A stretch of DNA of 64,000 nucleotides from positions 1 to 64,000 of the IMG/VR virus record IMGVR_UViG_3300009181_000033; one strand, given 5' to 3'. Numbering within the stretch: position 1 is the first letter of the stretch; each line of letters opens with the position of its first letter. The position numbers and the translations under genes were made by a program. Below are positions 9,677 to 18,346 of the stretch, one piece after another. The notes below the pieces were generated by a model. The model had not been told where the DNA came from. It was given only the letters and a program-made list of their open reading frames with translations, and made no database searches.

Positions 9677-10495
9677 ATGGAATCAATAGTTAGCAAATAT
9701 GAGACTCTCCCAACAGGAAAGTCTCATATTTCTTTTTCTGAAGTAAAAATGTGGAAAGATTGTTCATATAGACACAGTCTTTTTCATGTAAAAAAAATAG
9801 ATTTTTCAAAACCATCACCCATTTTAGAATATGGAACGGCGGTTCACGCTTCCTGCGAAGATTATCTCCTTACTAGATCGATGAAGCCAGAAATTTGTCA
9901 TGCAGCTTTAGATGCTGCATGGAAAAAACACGAAAAAACAGAAGAGTTCAGCGAACTAGCGTTACAAACGGCAAAGAACAATTCACTTATAGTGCTATCG
10001 GAAGTTCCTGGATTTCTGGATCGTGAATTCCCAGGCTGGGAAGTAGTTGATGCAGAGCATCAATTGTATGAACCCATTGGGAATCATCCGCATGCGTTTA
10101 AGGGATTTATTGATGGAGTGATAAAATGTAAAGGGAAAAAGGGTGAAGACATATATTGGATTTTGGATTGGAAAACCACACAGCGAGGGTGGTTTCGAGA
10201 AAAAAGATCAGACGAAATGACAAAAGCCCAGTTGGCCCTTTATAAAAACTATTGGTGTCAAAAAAATACACATGTGCTGCCCAAAAACGTGAAGTGTGGA
10301 TTTGTGCTTTTGAAGAAAACAGGAAAGGCTGGACAGCATTGTGAATTGTTCTCTGTTCCAATTGGTGATGTTCCAATAAAGAAATCCCTAAAGGTCATAG
10401 GCAATATGTTGACTTCTGTGAAAAAAGGAGTCTCGTTAAAAAACAGGGAATCTTGCACATATTGTGAATACAAAAATACCGAACACTGCACATAA
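9677..10495 (+). CDS. PD-(D/E)XK RecB/Cas4-like exonuclease with predicted Fe-S staple
   Basis: SFS-x5-DC, GTAVH, E..FKGFIDGV..LDWKT, QLALY; one N-terminal Cys plus C-terminal CTYC-x7-C. Confidence 0.85.
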   Translation: MESIVSKYETLPTGKSHISFSEVKMWKDCSYRHSLFHVKKIDFSKPSPILEYGTAVHASCEDYLLTRSMKPEICHAALDAAWKKHEKTEEFSELALQTAKNNSLIVLSEVPGFLDREFPGWEVVDAEHQLYEPIGNHPHAFKGFIDGVIKCKGKKGEDIYWILDWKTTQRGWFREKRSDEMTKAQLALYKNYWCQKNTHVLPKNVKCGFVLLKKTGKAGQHCELFSVPIGDVPIKKSLKVIGNMLTSVKKGVSLKNRESCTYCEYKNTEHCT

Positions 10496-10541
10496 ATTTT
10501 GTATTTTCTATACAACTTTTCATTTTGAGGTAATATAAGCG

Positions 10542-11795
10542 ATGATGAATAAAAAAACTATTCTTTTGTTGTCGGATCATCCACTTTCAACTTCAGGAGT
10601 AGGGACTCAAGCCAGATGGTTAATATCTGGTTTGGTTGATACTGGGAAATATAGTTTTAGGTGCTTTGGTGGTGCGATAAGGCATGACAATTATGACACC
10701 GTAGCTGTTAATCCTGATTTCATAATCAAGCCAACTAATGGCTTTGGTGATAAGACCCTACTAAGAAAAACACTCGCGCAATTGCGACCAGATGCACTGA
10801 TGTTATTTACCGATCCAAGATTTTTTATTTGGGCTTGGGAAATGGAAGAAGAGATACATCAAATTTGTCCAATAACCTATTGGCACCTTTGGGACAATGG
10901 ACCGTGGCCGGAGTTCAATAGGGCACTGTATGAATCAACCGATTTGTTGAATTGCATCAACTATCCAACATATCAAATGTTGAAAGAAAGATTCCCAGAA
11001 AAGACGAACTATATACCCCACGCTGTACCAGAAGAACTTTATCACCCATTGCCCAAAGAAGATTGCCAGAAATTCAAAGTGGCCCTCTTGGGCAATGAAA
11101 GGGCTGATCATTTCACAGCGCTTTTTGTCTCGAGAAATGCGAGAAGAAAAATGCCGAGTGACATACTGGTCTCATGGAAGATGTTTGTAGATGAGCTTAA
11201 GCAAAAATACGGACACTCCAAGGCGACACTCATATTACACGCCGATCCATTAGATCAAGAAGGTGCGAATCTTTATAGTGTAATAGACACACTGGGTATC
11301 AAGGAACATGTCGTCTTCTCGAAAGAGAGAGTGGGATTTGGGGAGATGAAATCCCTTTATAATCTTTGTGACACCATTGTCAACAGAAGCTGCAATGAAG
11401 GATTTGGTCTCCCAACACTTGAGGCAACTATGTGCGGAAAGCCAATCATTGTAATAAAGACAGGTGGCCTAACAAGACAAGTAGAAGATCCAGACACAGG
11501 AGAACAATACGGCATTGGAATGGATCCGGACGTAAGAACGCTTGTGGGCAATCAAATGGTTCCTTACATATACGAGGACTATGTCTCTCATGAGACATTA
11601 AAAAATTCATTTATGAAAATGTACGAAATGGGACCTGAAAAAAGGGAAGCCCTCGGCCTCAAGGCGATGAATAGGGCAAGAAAAGAGTATGGTTTGAAAA
11701 ATGTAATTTCTGAGTGGGATAGGACATTGACAAATACAATCGACAATTGGAAAGAGAATGGTCGCAACAAGAGATGGGGGGTTTCTGAGCTATGA
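10542..11795 (+). CDS. Glycosyltransferase family 4 (GT-B)
   Basis: SGVGTQAR, RNARRK, LYNLCD, NEGFGLPTLEA. Confidence 0.85.
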   Translation: MMNKKTILLLSDHPLSTSGVGTQARWLISGLVDTGKYSFRCFGGAIRHDNYDTVAVNPDFIIKPTNGFGDKTLLRKTLAQLRPDALMLFTDPRFFIWAWEMEEEIHQICPITYWHLWDNGPWPEFNRALYESTDLLNCINYPTYQMLKERFPEKTNYIPHAVPEELYHPLPKEDCQKFKVALLGNERADHFTALFVSRNARRKMPSDILVSWKMFVDELKQKYGHSKATLILHADPLDQEGANLYSVIDTLGIKEHVVFSKERVGFGEMKSLYNLCDTIVNRSCNEGFGLPTLEATMCGKPIIVIKTGGLTRQVEDPDTGEQYGIGMDPDVRTLVGNQMVPYIYEDYVSHETLKNSFMKMYEMGPEKREALGLKAMNRARKEYGLKNVISEWDRTLTNTIDNWKENGRNKRWGVSEL

Positions 11796-12997
11796 TTGAT
11801 CCTACAGATCTTTTTAATACATCAGTGAAAAAAAAGAAAGTTTTACTCAGAGCTCCGGTTTTGACGCAATCCGGTTATGGAGTGCATGCAAGACAGATTG
11901 CCAAGTGGCTATTGTCAAGAAATGATATAGATCTTTCAATTCAGGCATTGCCTTGGGGCGACACTCCTTGGTTAATAGACAGTGATATAGATGGTGGTTT
12001 GATCGGAAAAATAATGGAAAAGACGACCGATCCATCTAATCAAAAGTATGATGTTTCAGTGCAATTGCAGCTGCCTAATGAGTGGGATCACAAATTGGCG
12101 GTGCAAAATATTGGCGTAACTGCAGGTGTAGAAACAGACGTTTGCAATCCAGCATGGATACAGCACTGCAACAACATGTCTGCCGTGATTGTTCCATCAA
12201 CACATTCCGAAAAGTGTTTAAAAAATTCTGGGCATGTAAAGTCTGAAATGCATGTGATACCTGAGTCTTTTTCGGATGCAATCATCAAGGAAGAAAAGAC
12301 AAGCGTTGATTCAATGGAATTCTCCACAAATTTTAATTTTTTATTTGTGGGACAAATAACAGGAAATAACCCAGAGAATGATAGAAAAAATTTCTTCTAT
12401 ACCATCAAATGGTTTTGTGAAACATTTTCTGAGGACAAAGATGTAGGACTGGTCATAAAAACAAATGCCGGTAGAAACACAAAACTAGACCAAAAGGCAG
12501 TTCATCAAATGCTGAATGGTCTTTTGTCGGAAGTTAGAAAGAAAAACTTGCCTAAAATACACTTTATCCATGGTGACATGAGCGATAGTGAGATGGCTTC
12601 TTTATATAAACATCCACAAATAAAAGCACTTGTTAATTTAACAAGAGGAGAAGGGTATGGCCTTCCAATATTGGAGGCCGCGGCCTCAGGTCTTCCGATA
12701 TTGGCAACTGCTTGGTCAGGTCACATGGATTTTCTTTCTCACGGAAAATTTTTAGAGGTAGCTTACAAACTTGACAAAGTGCACCCTTCAAGAATTGACG
12801 AAAATATTTTTATGAAAAATGCCAAATGGGCATATGCCGATGAGGATGATTTCAAGAAAAAAGCCTTAAAATTCCGAAACAATTCCACAATTCCAACAGA
12901 GTGGGCAAAGGACCTTAAGGAAAAAATAAGAGAAAAGTACAATTTGAAAAATGTTATACAGGAATACAATGATAAATTAGGGAAATATTTTTCATGA
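11792..12997 (+). CDS. Glycosyltransferase family 4 (GT-B)
   Basis: SGYGVHAR, DRKN, TRGEGYGLPILEAAASGLP. Confidence 0.85.
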   Translation: MIDPTDLFNTSVKKKKVLLRAPVLTQSGYGVHARQIAKWLLSRNDIDLSIQALPWGDTPWLIDSDIDGGLIGKIMEKTTDPSNQKYDVSVQLQLPNEWDHKLAVQNIGVTAGVETDVCNPAWIQHCNNMSAVIVPSTHSEKCLKNSGHVKSEMHVIPESFSDAIIKEEKTSVDSMEFSTNFNFLFVGQITGNNPENDRKNFFYTIKWFCETFSEDKDVGLVIKTNAGRNTKLDQKAVHQMLNGLLSEVRKKNLPKIHFIHGDMSDSEMASLYKHPQIKALVNLTRGEGYGLPILEAAASGLPILATAWSGHMDFLSHGKFLEVAYKLDKVHPSRIDENIFMKNAKWAYADEDDFKKKALKFRNNSTIPTEWAKDLKEKIREKYNLKNVIQEYNDKLGKYFS

Positions 12998-13305
12998 TTT
13001 TTTTATGTCTAGCGATGTCTTCTTTGCTTTTAACGCTGCTCATAGTCAGCGTTAAAAAAAACTTCCAATTGATTAATCAATTGGAAGATGTTTCAAATCA
13101 AGTCGAAGAATCGCTAGACATTTTGGATTCTTACTACCAAAAAATAGACCTAAAGTCAAAAACTGAAATTTGGTCTGATGAACCAATTGTCAAGGACTTA
13201 ATTGAAGACATTAAGGGATGTAAAAATGCCGTCTTATTGGTTGCCAATAAGGTATATTCTCCCCTGGAACAGAATGATGAAAATGATGAAGGAAGCAAAA
13301 ATTGA
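12994..13305 (+). CDS. Membrane-anchored coiled-coil hypothetical protein
   Basis: N-terminal hydrophobic helix IFLCLAMSSLLLTLLIV followed by an acidic heptad-like segment. Confidence 0.6.
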   Translation: MIFLCLAMSSLLLTLLIVSVKKNFQLINQLEDVSNQVEESLDILDSYYQKIDLKSKTEIWSDEPIVKDLIEDIKGCKNAVLLVANKVYSPLEQNDENDEGSKN

Positions 13306-14117
13306 AACAGAGAAGAAGCACCAAAAAAGGAGCAAGCGACATTGCTGAAGTCGAATTAGAAATAGAGAATGCCAGCATTCTCGTTGACCTATCGATAATA
13401 GAAAAAATCAGTCCCTTAGGCGAAAAATCACCAAAGCCAAACCCCAAATTATATTTTAATTCGGACACACAAGACGCAATAGTCTCTTTTCAAACTGAAA
13501 AAAATAAAAAAATTAGAGACTCAATCTACGTCAATGACATACTCCCTGCATTCGAAAAATTGGTTGAAAATTTAATCAATATACACAAGTTCACTGGCAT
13601 TTTTGACTCTTATGAAGACTTAAAGAATGACTGCGTTAATTTTTTGTTTGAAACGATACACAAATTTGATGCCGCCCGAGGAACTAACGCATTTTCTTAC
13701 TTCAATGTCGTTGCCAAAAATTGGTTGATTATAAAAACCAAACAAAAGACCCAAAAGATAAAAAGAAACATTAGCGTCGATGATCCAAGCGGATTGACAG
13801 CTTATGAATCAATGGTTATTGATGAACACAATTCCGTCCCTTCACAGGACGTGGTTTTTGAACAGAGTTTTTTCACAGAAGAAACACTGAATTTGCTTCA
13901 TGAAATAAGGTCAAGAACACGCTCAGAGAACGAATTGATGTGCATAAATTCCATAATCACTATATTTGAAAATATAGAAGAAATCGATTTATTGAATAAA
14001 GGTGCCGTTTTGCTGTACATGAGGGAGTTATCAGGTTTGACGCCCAAGCAGTTAACAACAACGATGCAGTCAATAAAAAAACACTATAAAAAAATAAGGG
14101 TTGATTTAAAGAAGTGA
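13302..14117 (+). CDS. Phage sigma factor, T4 gp55-like (late transcription)
   Basis: Sigma region-2-like EDLKNDCVNFLFETIHKFDAARGTNAFSYFNVVAKN; lies directly upstream of the baseplate module. Confidence 0.7.
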   Translation: MKQRRSTKKGASDIAEVELEIENASILVDLSIIEKISPLGEKSPKPNPKLYFNSDTQDAIVSFQTEKNKKIRDSIYVNDILPAFEKLVENLINIHKFTGIFDSYEDLKNDCVNFLFETIHKFDAARGTNAFSYFNVVAKNWLIIKTKQKTQKIKRNISVDDPSGLTAYESMVIDEHNSVPSQDVVFEQSFFTEETLNLLHEIRSRTRSENELMCINSIITIFENIEEIDLLNKGAVLLYMRELSGLTPKQLTTTMQSIKKHYKKIRVDLKK

Positions 14118-14132
14118 ATCGATATTTTTAAC

Positions 14133-14498
14133 ATGACGACGCACAAAAAAACAGAAATCATTATTGAGCAAAAAATAAAAGATTTTTCAGACCTGCTGAG
14201 CCAAATAAGTGATGTTTCCGATAAAAAGAAAAAACTTTGGAAGGAAATATATGAAAATGCTGTAGCAGATAGGCAAAATGCTTATGTGCTCTTCACAACA
14301 CTTGTCGACATAGTGGAAGACAAAAGCACCGAGCATGCAATACACGGAAAGACCATCTCTACTTACATAGAGAGAATGAGTAAGGCGAATGATCAGCTAA
14401 TAAGACTAGCGGAGCTTATAGCAAAATCAGAAACCAAAGAAGAAAACATAGACGCAGAGGAAATGTTTAAGAAAATAGGCGAAAAGTGTAATGGCTGA
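14133..14498 (+). CDS. Helical hypothetical protein
   Basis: 121 aa, coiled-coil-like; coupled to the baseplate hub gene. Confidence 0.65.
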   Translation: MTTHKKTEIIIEQKIKDFSDLLSQISDVSDKKKKLWKEIYENAVADRQNAYVLFTTLVDIVEDKSTEHAIHGKTISTYIERMSKANDQLIRLAELIAKSETKEENIDAEEMFKKIGEKCNG

Positions 14499-15996
14499 TG
14501 TATTTGATCCAGTTTCTTTTGCGGAAGGCAACTCAGGCAAGAAAAATACTCTTGCAGCGACTATACCTACCACAAATAGCCAATTTTCTAAAATGATAGT
14601 TTTGGACGTGGTGTCTGATCCTGGAGTGGCAACCGATGAAAAGGTCGAATATTGGAAAAGTGTTCTAGGCGTCACCAACATTAAGTACGCAAAAGTTTTA
14701 CCAAGAAATACAATAATAGCCATATCGATAGGAAGAGGTCACGAACCAATGTTCGTTTTTCCATTTTTTCCATCACATCTCGCAATGCCCTCCAAGCCAG
14801 GCGAAACGGTTTGGGTTCTTTTAGAAGACCCTAATTCTCCCCTAACAGGAATGGTCTACTGGGTGTCAAAAGTTAATATGCCACACTATGTTGACGATGT
14901 CAATATTCAACACAACCCAAGAATTTCTGAAATTTCATTTTTTCCTGGATTGATAGAAACGGCAAAAGAAGAAATAAAGACATACTATGAACTAAGGAAT
15001 GGCCCAATAAGAACTGACGAGAATGACATAAGAGGAACTTCAGTCGACGACTGTTATCTTGTCTTGAAAAGCAGGCCCAAAGAAGACATATTCGAAGATT
15101 TATTAATGAAATCAGACTCTGGAAAAATGTCAAATTGGGAATCCGTTCCTAGGTTTAAAAAGAGACCTGGAGATGTTGCAATAGAAGGTTCGAATAATTC
15201 ATTAATAGTGCTCGGAACTGATAGAGCTGGACCCATTTCAGGGTACGAACAATTTACAGTCGGTGAAGGCAATGAAAAAAATGATTACGGGCCAGTGCCA
15301 ATACCTTCTGCTTCCGATTTAGCAGGGTTTGCTGGATCTATAGATTTAGTGGCGGGAAGAGGCCAAACACAAGCAACAGGTGGGAAAACGGTTGATACAA
15401 CGAGCATCATCGATGCCGGCCCAAATAAATCAGGCACTTCATTTAAAAAAGAAATTGGCAAATCAGAAAATGAACTCGAGTCTCAAGAGGGAGATCCGGA
15501 TTTAAAAAACGACAGCAGTAGAGTTAGAATCTCCCAGAGAACTATGACAGATACAAATTTTAACCTGTCATCATTCAATTCAAAAGAATTTACAATAAGT
15601 GACACATCGACAGGTGATGCCGCTGTTGTAATAAAAACAGACAAGATGAGAATTGTGGCAAGGTCAGATGTAGAAATTTTAGTTACCAATTTTTCACCAA
15701 TGAACGATGCACGAGATCCGACAAAGCCACCAACAAAAAATGAAAAAGATACGACGGATGATTGGGCAGCCATAGTAATAAGAGCCAATGGCGACATAAT
15801 TTTTAGGCCATCAAAATTAGGGTACATTAAATTAGGCAGCGACAAAGCAAATAAAGCCATCATGTGTGCCGACCTGCCAGCCGAGCAAAATCAAGGCACC
15901 ATTACTTCTTCCCCTATATTTTCAACAGGGAATGATTTGGTTTGCACTAGCCAAAGTGGCCAAGGGACATTTGCAAAAAAAGTTTTAGTTGATTAG
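14491..15996 (+). CDS. Baseplate hub/central spike-like protein (gp5/VgrG-like)
   Basis: N-terminal OB-fold-like PFFPSHLAMPSKPGETVWV..YWV; RPGDVAIEG-x3-SLIVLGTDR; beta-helix-like C-terminus; gene order. Confidence 0.6.
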   Translation: MADVFDPVSFAEGNSGKKNTLAATIPTTNSQFSKMIVLDVVSDPGVATDEKVEYWKSVLGVTNIKYAKVLPRNTIIAISIGRGHEPMFVFPFFPSHLAMPSKPGETVWVLLEDPNSPLTGMVYWVSKVNMPHYVDDVNIQHNPRISEISFFPGLIETAKEEIKTYYELRNGPIRTDENDIRGTSVDDCYLVLKSRPKEDIFEDLLMKSDSGKMSNWESVPRFKKRPGDVAIEGSNNSLIVLGTDRAGPISGYEQFTVGEGNEKNDYGPVPIPSASDLAGFAGSIDLVAGRGQTQATGGKTVDTTSIIDAGPNKSGTSFKKEIGKSENELESQEGDPDLKNDSSRVRISQRTMTDTNFNLSSFNSKEFTISDTSTGDAAVVIKTDKMRIVARSDVEILVTNFSPMNDARDPTKPPTKNEKDTTDDWAAIVIRANGDIIFRPSKLGYIKLGSDKANKAIMCADLPAEQNQGTITSSPIFSTGNDLVCTSQSGQGTFAKKVLVD

Positions 15997-16004
15997 GAGA
16001 AATT

Positions 16005-17834
16005 ATGCCTGGGGCTCAAGAGAATTTTGGCACACTAAAAAAAGACGAAAATGGAGAATTGCAAGTCACTGATGAGGCAAGGACAAAATATATAAAAATC
16101 TGGAAGGAATTGGCCGCACAAGGGAGCGAAACATCGCAACCCTTGAATTTCATTCCAGAATTAGAAAATAGGGAAAAATTCGGAGATTGGCATAAAAAAT
16201 GGATCGATGGTCCATACAAAGACATGCTCATTGCCTTAAATCTAGAACCTCAATTTTTGTTGCCTGTTTTTGATCCCACGGGCGTGGCAGCAAAATTAGG
16301 AATGGAAGTTCCTGATTTGGACATGTTAACCATCGTAGGCTCATTTGCAATGCCGCCAGTGGCCACCCCTGCAATGTTGAATATAGGTCCGACTGATATA
16401 CCTAGTTTTTTACCTAAACTGTTAGGACTAGTTGTTCCTTCACCGCTCCCAGTTCCAAATGTAAAATTTCCTGAAATTCCAAGTATTTACGTTGGTCCCC
16501 TTGAGCTCCCCGGCGCGCTTAACTTTCCTAGCAATTGGTCTTTTAGGTTTACGACGATGACTAATTTGCCGACTATGTTTTCTGGATTATTGGGAGACTT
16601 GGTCGATCTTGGGTTTTGGGCATCTTTTACTCCTTTTAAATTGGTGGATCTGACAACAAAGGCCGTATCTGCCGTTTTTCCAAAACCACAAACAAGCAAT
16701 CCATCAACATTTAATGTTAATGTGGCCACGTTGTCTAAAATGTCAGGAGAGGCCGTCGCGCCAGCAATTACAAGTGTTATGGTTGGAGGCGCAGGTCTAA
16801 ATCAACAAATGGGGAAGCAATTGGAATACATCAGCGGGTCACAAGCAACTACACCAACAGACACAAAGGCATTGTTAAATAACCTCACAAGGGTAAAAGA
16901 CCAACCGGGTCTGAAGGTGTATTTCAAGCACAGGGAAATTTCGTATGCAGATCAATACACGGTAGACTTGTTAGCGGCAGTCACAGCGCACATGCAATCA
17001 GACACCAGCTACAGAAAAAGTCCTAATGAGACGCCCATAACGTTGGAGGTTGGCAACATCACTGGATGGGATAGAACAAACAATTGGTCAGATACACACG
17101 GAGGTTCTTCATTTGACTTTGCCTATCCAATGAGGGACGAATCAGGAAACTGGATGTCAGGAATGAATTTAGATCATCCTGTCACAAAAGAACTTAGTCT
17201 CGGAGAAAAAGGAGAGACTCCATATAAATGTGTAAATGGCTCTGCCGAAGATCCCTGGAGATTGTCAAATGGTGCACTGGCACATGATTTTCCAGCTCTT
17301 TATGAAATAGCTAGATATATTTTTTGGGATTGGCAAACAAAACTAGTTGAAGAAGACAGGATCGCCTCTTGGCCACCCAAGGGAAGTCTCACTCCTCCAC
17401 TTAAAACAATTTTGATAGGTAGAAAAATTTATAAGAAATTTTTGGATTGGGTCGGCGTGAATAAAAAATCACTGAAGCAACCAGATTACAACAATTTCAA
17501 TCGGAAATATCGAAATTCGGCAACTTACATGTTCCAACCATATGGCCAAGGTTCCCCAAATGAATTCGAACCAGATCCAGCCGATCCAACAAAACGTAGA
17601 CGAGTTGGTTTCGGAGAATCAGGCCACGAGGACCACTTACACTTCACCATTGTTCGAACATCAACGATCTTATCTGGCGAATCAGGGTACGATGCGAACA
17701 AAATTATATACAAAGTTGCAGGAGGAACCACCGACCACATAAAAAAAACGACTGAGGCCAATTATTTCAGGTGGCAAGTTGTGGAAAAAGATGATCCATT
17801 AAACAAGGGTGCAAAAATAAAATGCAGGTACTGA
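16005..17834 (+). CDS. Virion protein with C-terminal MepA/M74-like murein endopeptidase domain
   Basis: Pro-rich N-half; C-half has YADQYTVDLL, LEVGNIT, THGGSSFDFAYP and HEDHLHF, resembling LAS metallopeptidase motifs. Confidence 0.5.
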   Translation: MPGAQENFGTLKKDENGELQVTDEARTKYIKIWKELAAQGSETSQPLNFIPELENREKFGDWHKKWIDGPYKDMLIALNLEPQFLLPVFDPTGVAAKLGMEVPDLDMLTIVGSFAMPPVATPAMLNIGPTDIPSFLPKLLGLVVPSPLPVPNVKFPEIPSIYVGPLELPGALNFPSNWSFRFTTMTNLPTMFSGLLGDLVDLGFWASFTPFKLVDLTTKAVSAVFPKPQTSNPSTFNVNVATLSKMSGEAVAPAITSVMVGGAGLNQQMGKQLEYISGSQATTPTDTKALLNNLTRVKDQPGLKVYFKHREISYADQYTVDLLAAVTAHMQSDTSYRKSPNETPITLEVGNITGWDRTNNWSDTHGGSSFDFAYPMRDESGNWMSGMNLDHPVTKELSLGEKGETPYKCVNGSAEDPWRLSNGALAHDFPALYEIARYIFWDWQTKLVEEDRIASWPPKGSLTPPLKTILIGRKIYKKFLDWVGVNKKSLKQPDYNNFNRKYRNSATYMFQPYGQGSPNEFEPDPADPTKRRRVGFGESGHEDHLHFTIVRTSTILSGESGYDANKIIYKVAGGTTDHIKKTTEANYFRWQVVEKDDPLNKGAKIKCRY

Positions 17835-17848
17835 CTCTATGATTGGCC

Positions 17849-17855
17849 ATAATTA
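17849..17855 (+). promoter_or_regulatory. Putative late promoter motif ATAATTA
   Basis: 4 nt upstream of ATG 17860; the same motif sits at a similar spacing before 7 other genes. Confidence 0.55.
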
Positions 17856-17859
17856 AAAC

Positions 17860-18327
17860 ATGGCTTCCTACAGTTTTAAGAGCGCAGGAAAAACTCAAGA
17901 ACAATCTGTGATTGAGCAAATAACGAAAACGCAATTTCCATTCGGGATAAAAACTCCGGTGACAATTGGCGACAATGGTTCCATCTTTGCCATGAACTAT
18001 AAGCTGGAAAATCAACTTGCCGATAATCTTAAAAATCTATTGTTGACAAACCATGGTGAAAGATTGGGCTTTTATTATTTTGGTGCGAACCTGAAGCCAA
18101 TAACCACTGAGCTGTCGTCCCAAGAAAACTTTGACAATGAAGCAATTGCAAGAATAAAGAAGGCAGTTGATGTTTGGATGCCATATATTGATTTGGAAGA
18201 TTTCTCTTCCTCAGTCGATAGGAATGAAAATAAAAATACGGCAATCATAAAGATAACGATTTCTTATAACATACCTTCTATTCAAGTGAAAAATAAAAGA
18301 CTACAGGTAGTCTTGTATGCAATTTAA
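17860..18327 (+). CDS. Baseplate wedge protein, gp25/GPW-like
   Basis: NLKNLLLTNHGERLG-x3-FGANL, I-x2-AV-x-WMPYIDL, IKITISYNI. Confidence 0.88.
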   Translation: MASYSFKSAGKTQEQSVIEQITKTQFPFGIKTPVTIGDNGSIFAMNYKLENQLADNLKNLLLTNHGERLGFYYFGANLKPITTELSSQENFDNEAIARIKKAVDVWMPYIDLEDFSSSVDRNENKNTAIIKITISYNIPSIQVKNKRLQVVLYAI

Positions 18328-18346
18328 CCTCAAAGGATAATGTGAA

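Noticed and set aside
9677-10495. CRISPR-Cas locus suggested by the Cas4-like gene
   Set aside because: No cas1/cas2/effector genes and no repeat-spacer array seen in any intergenic region of the window
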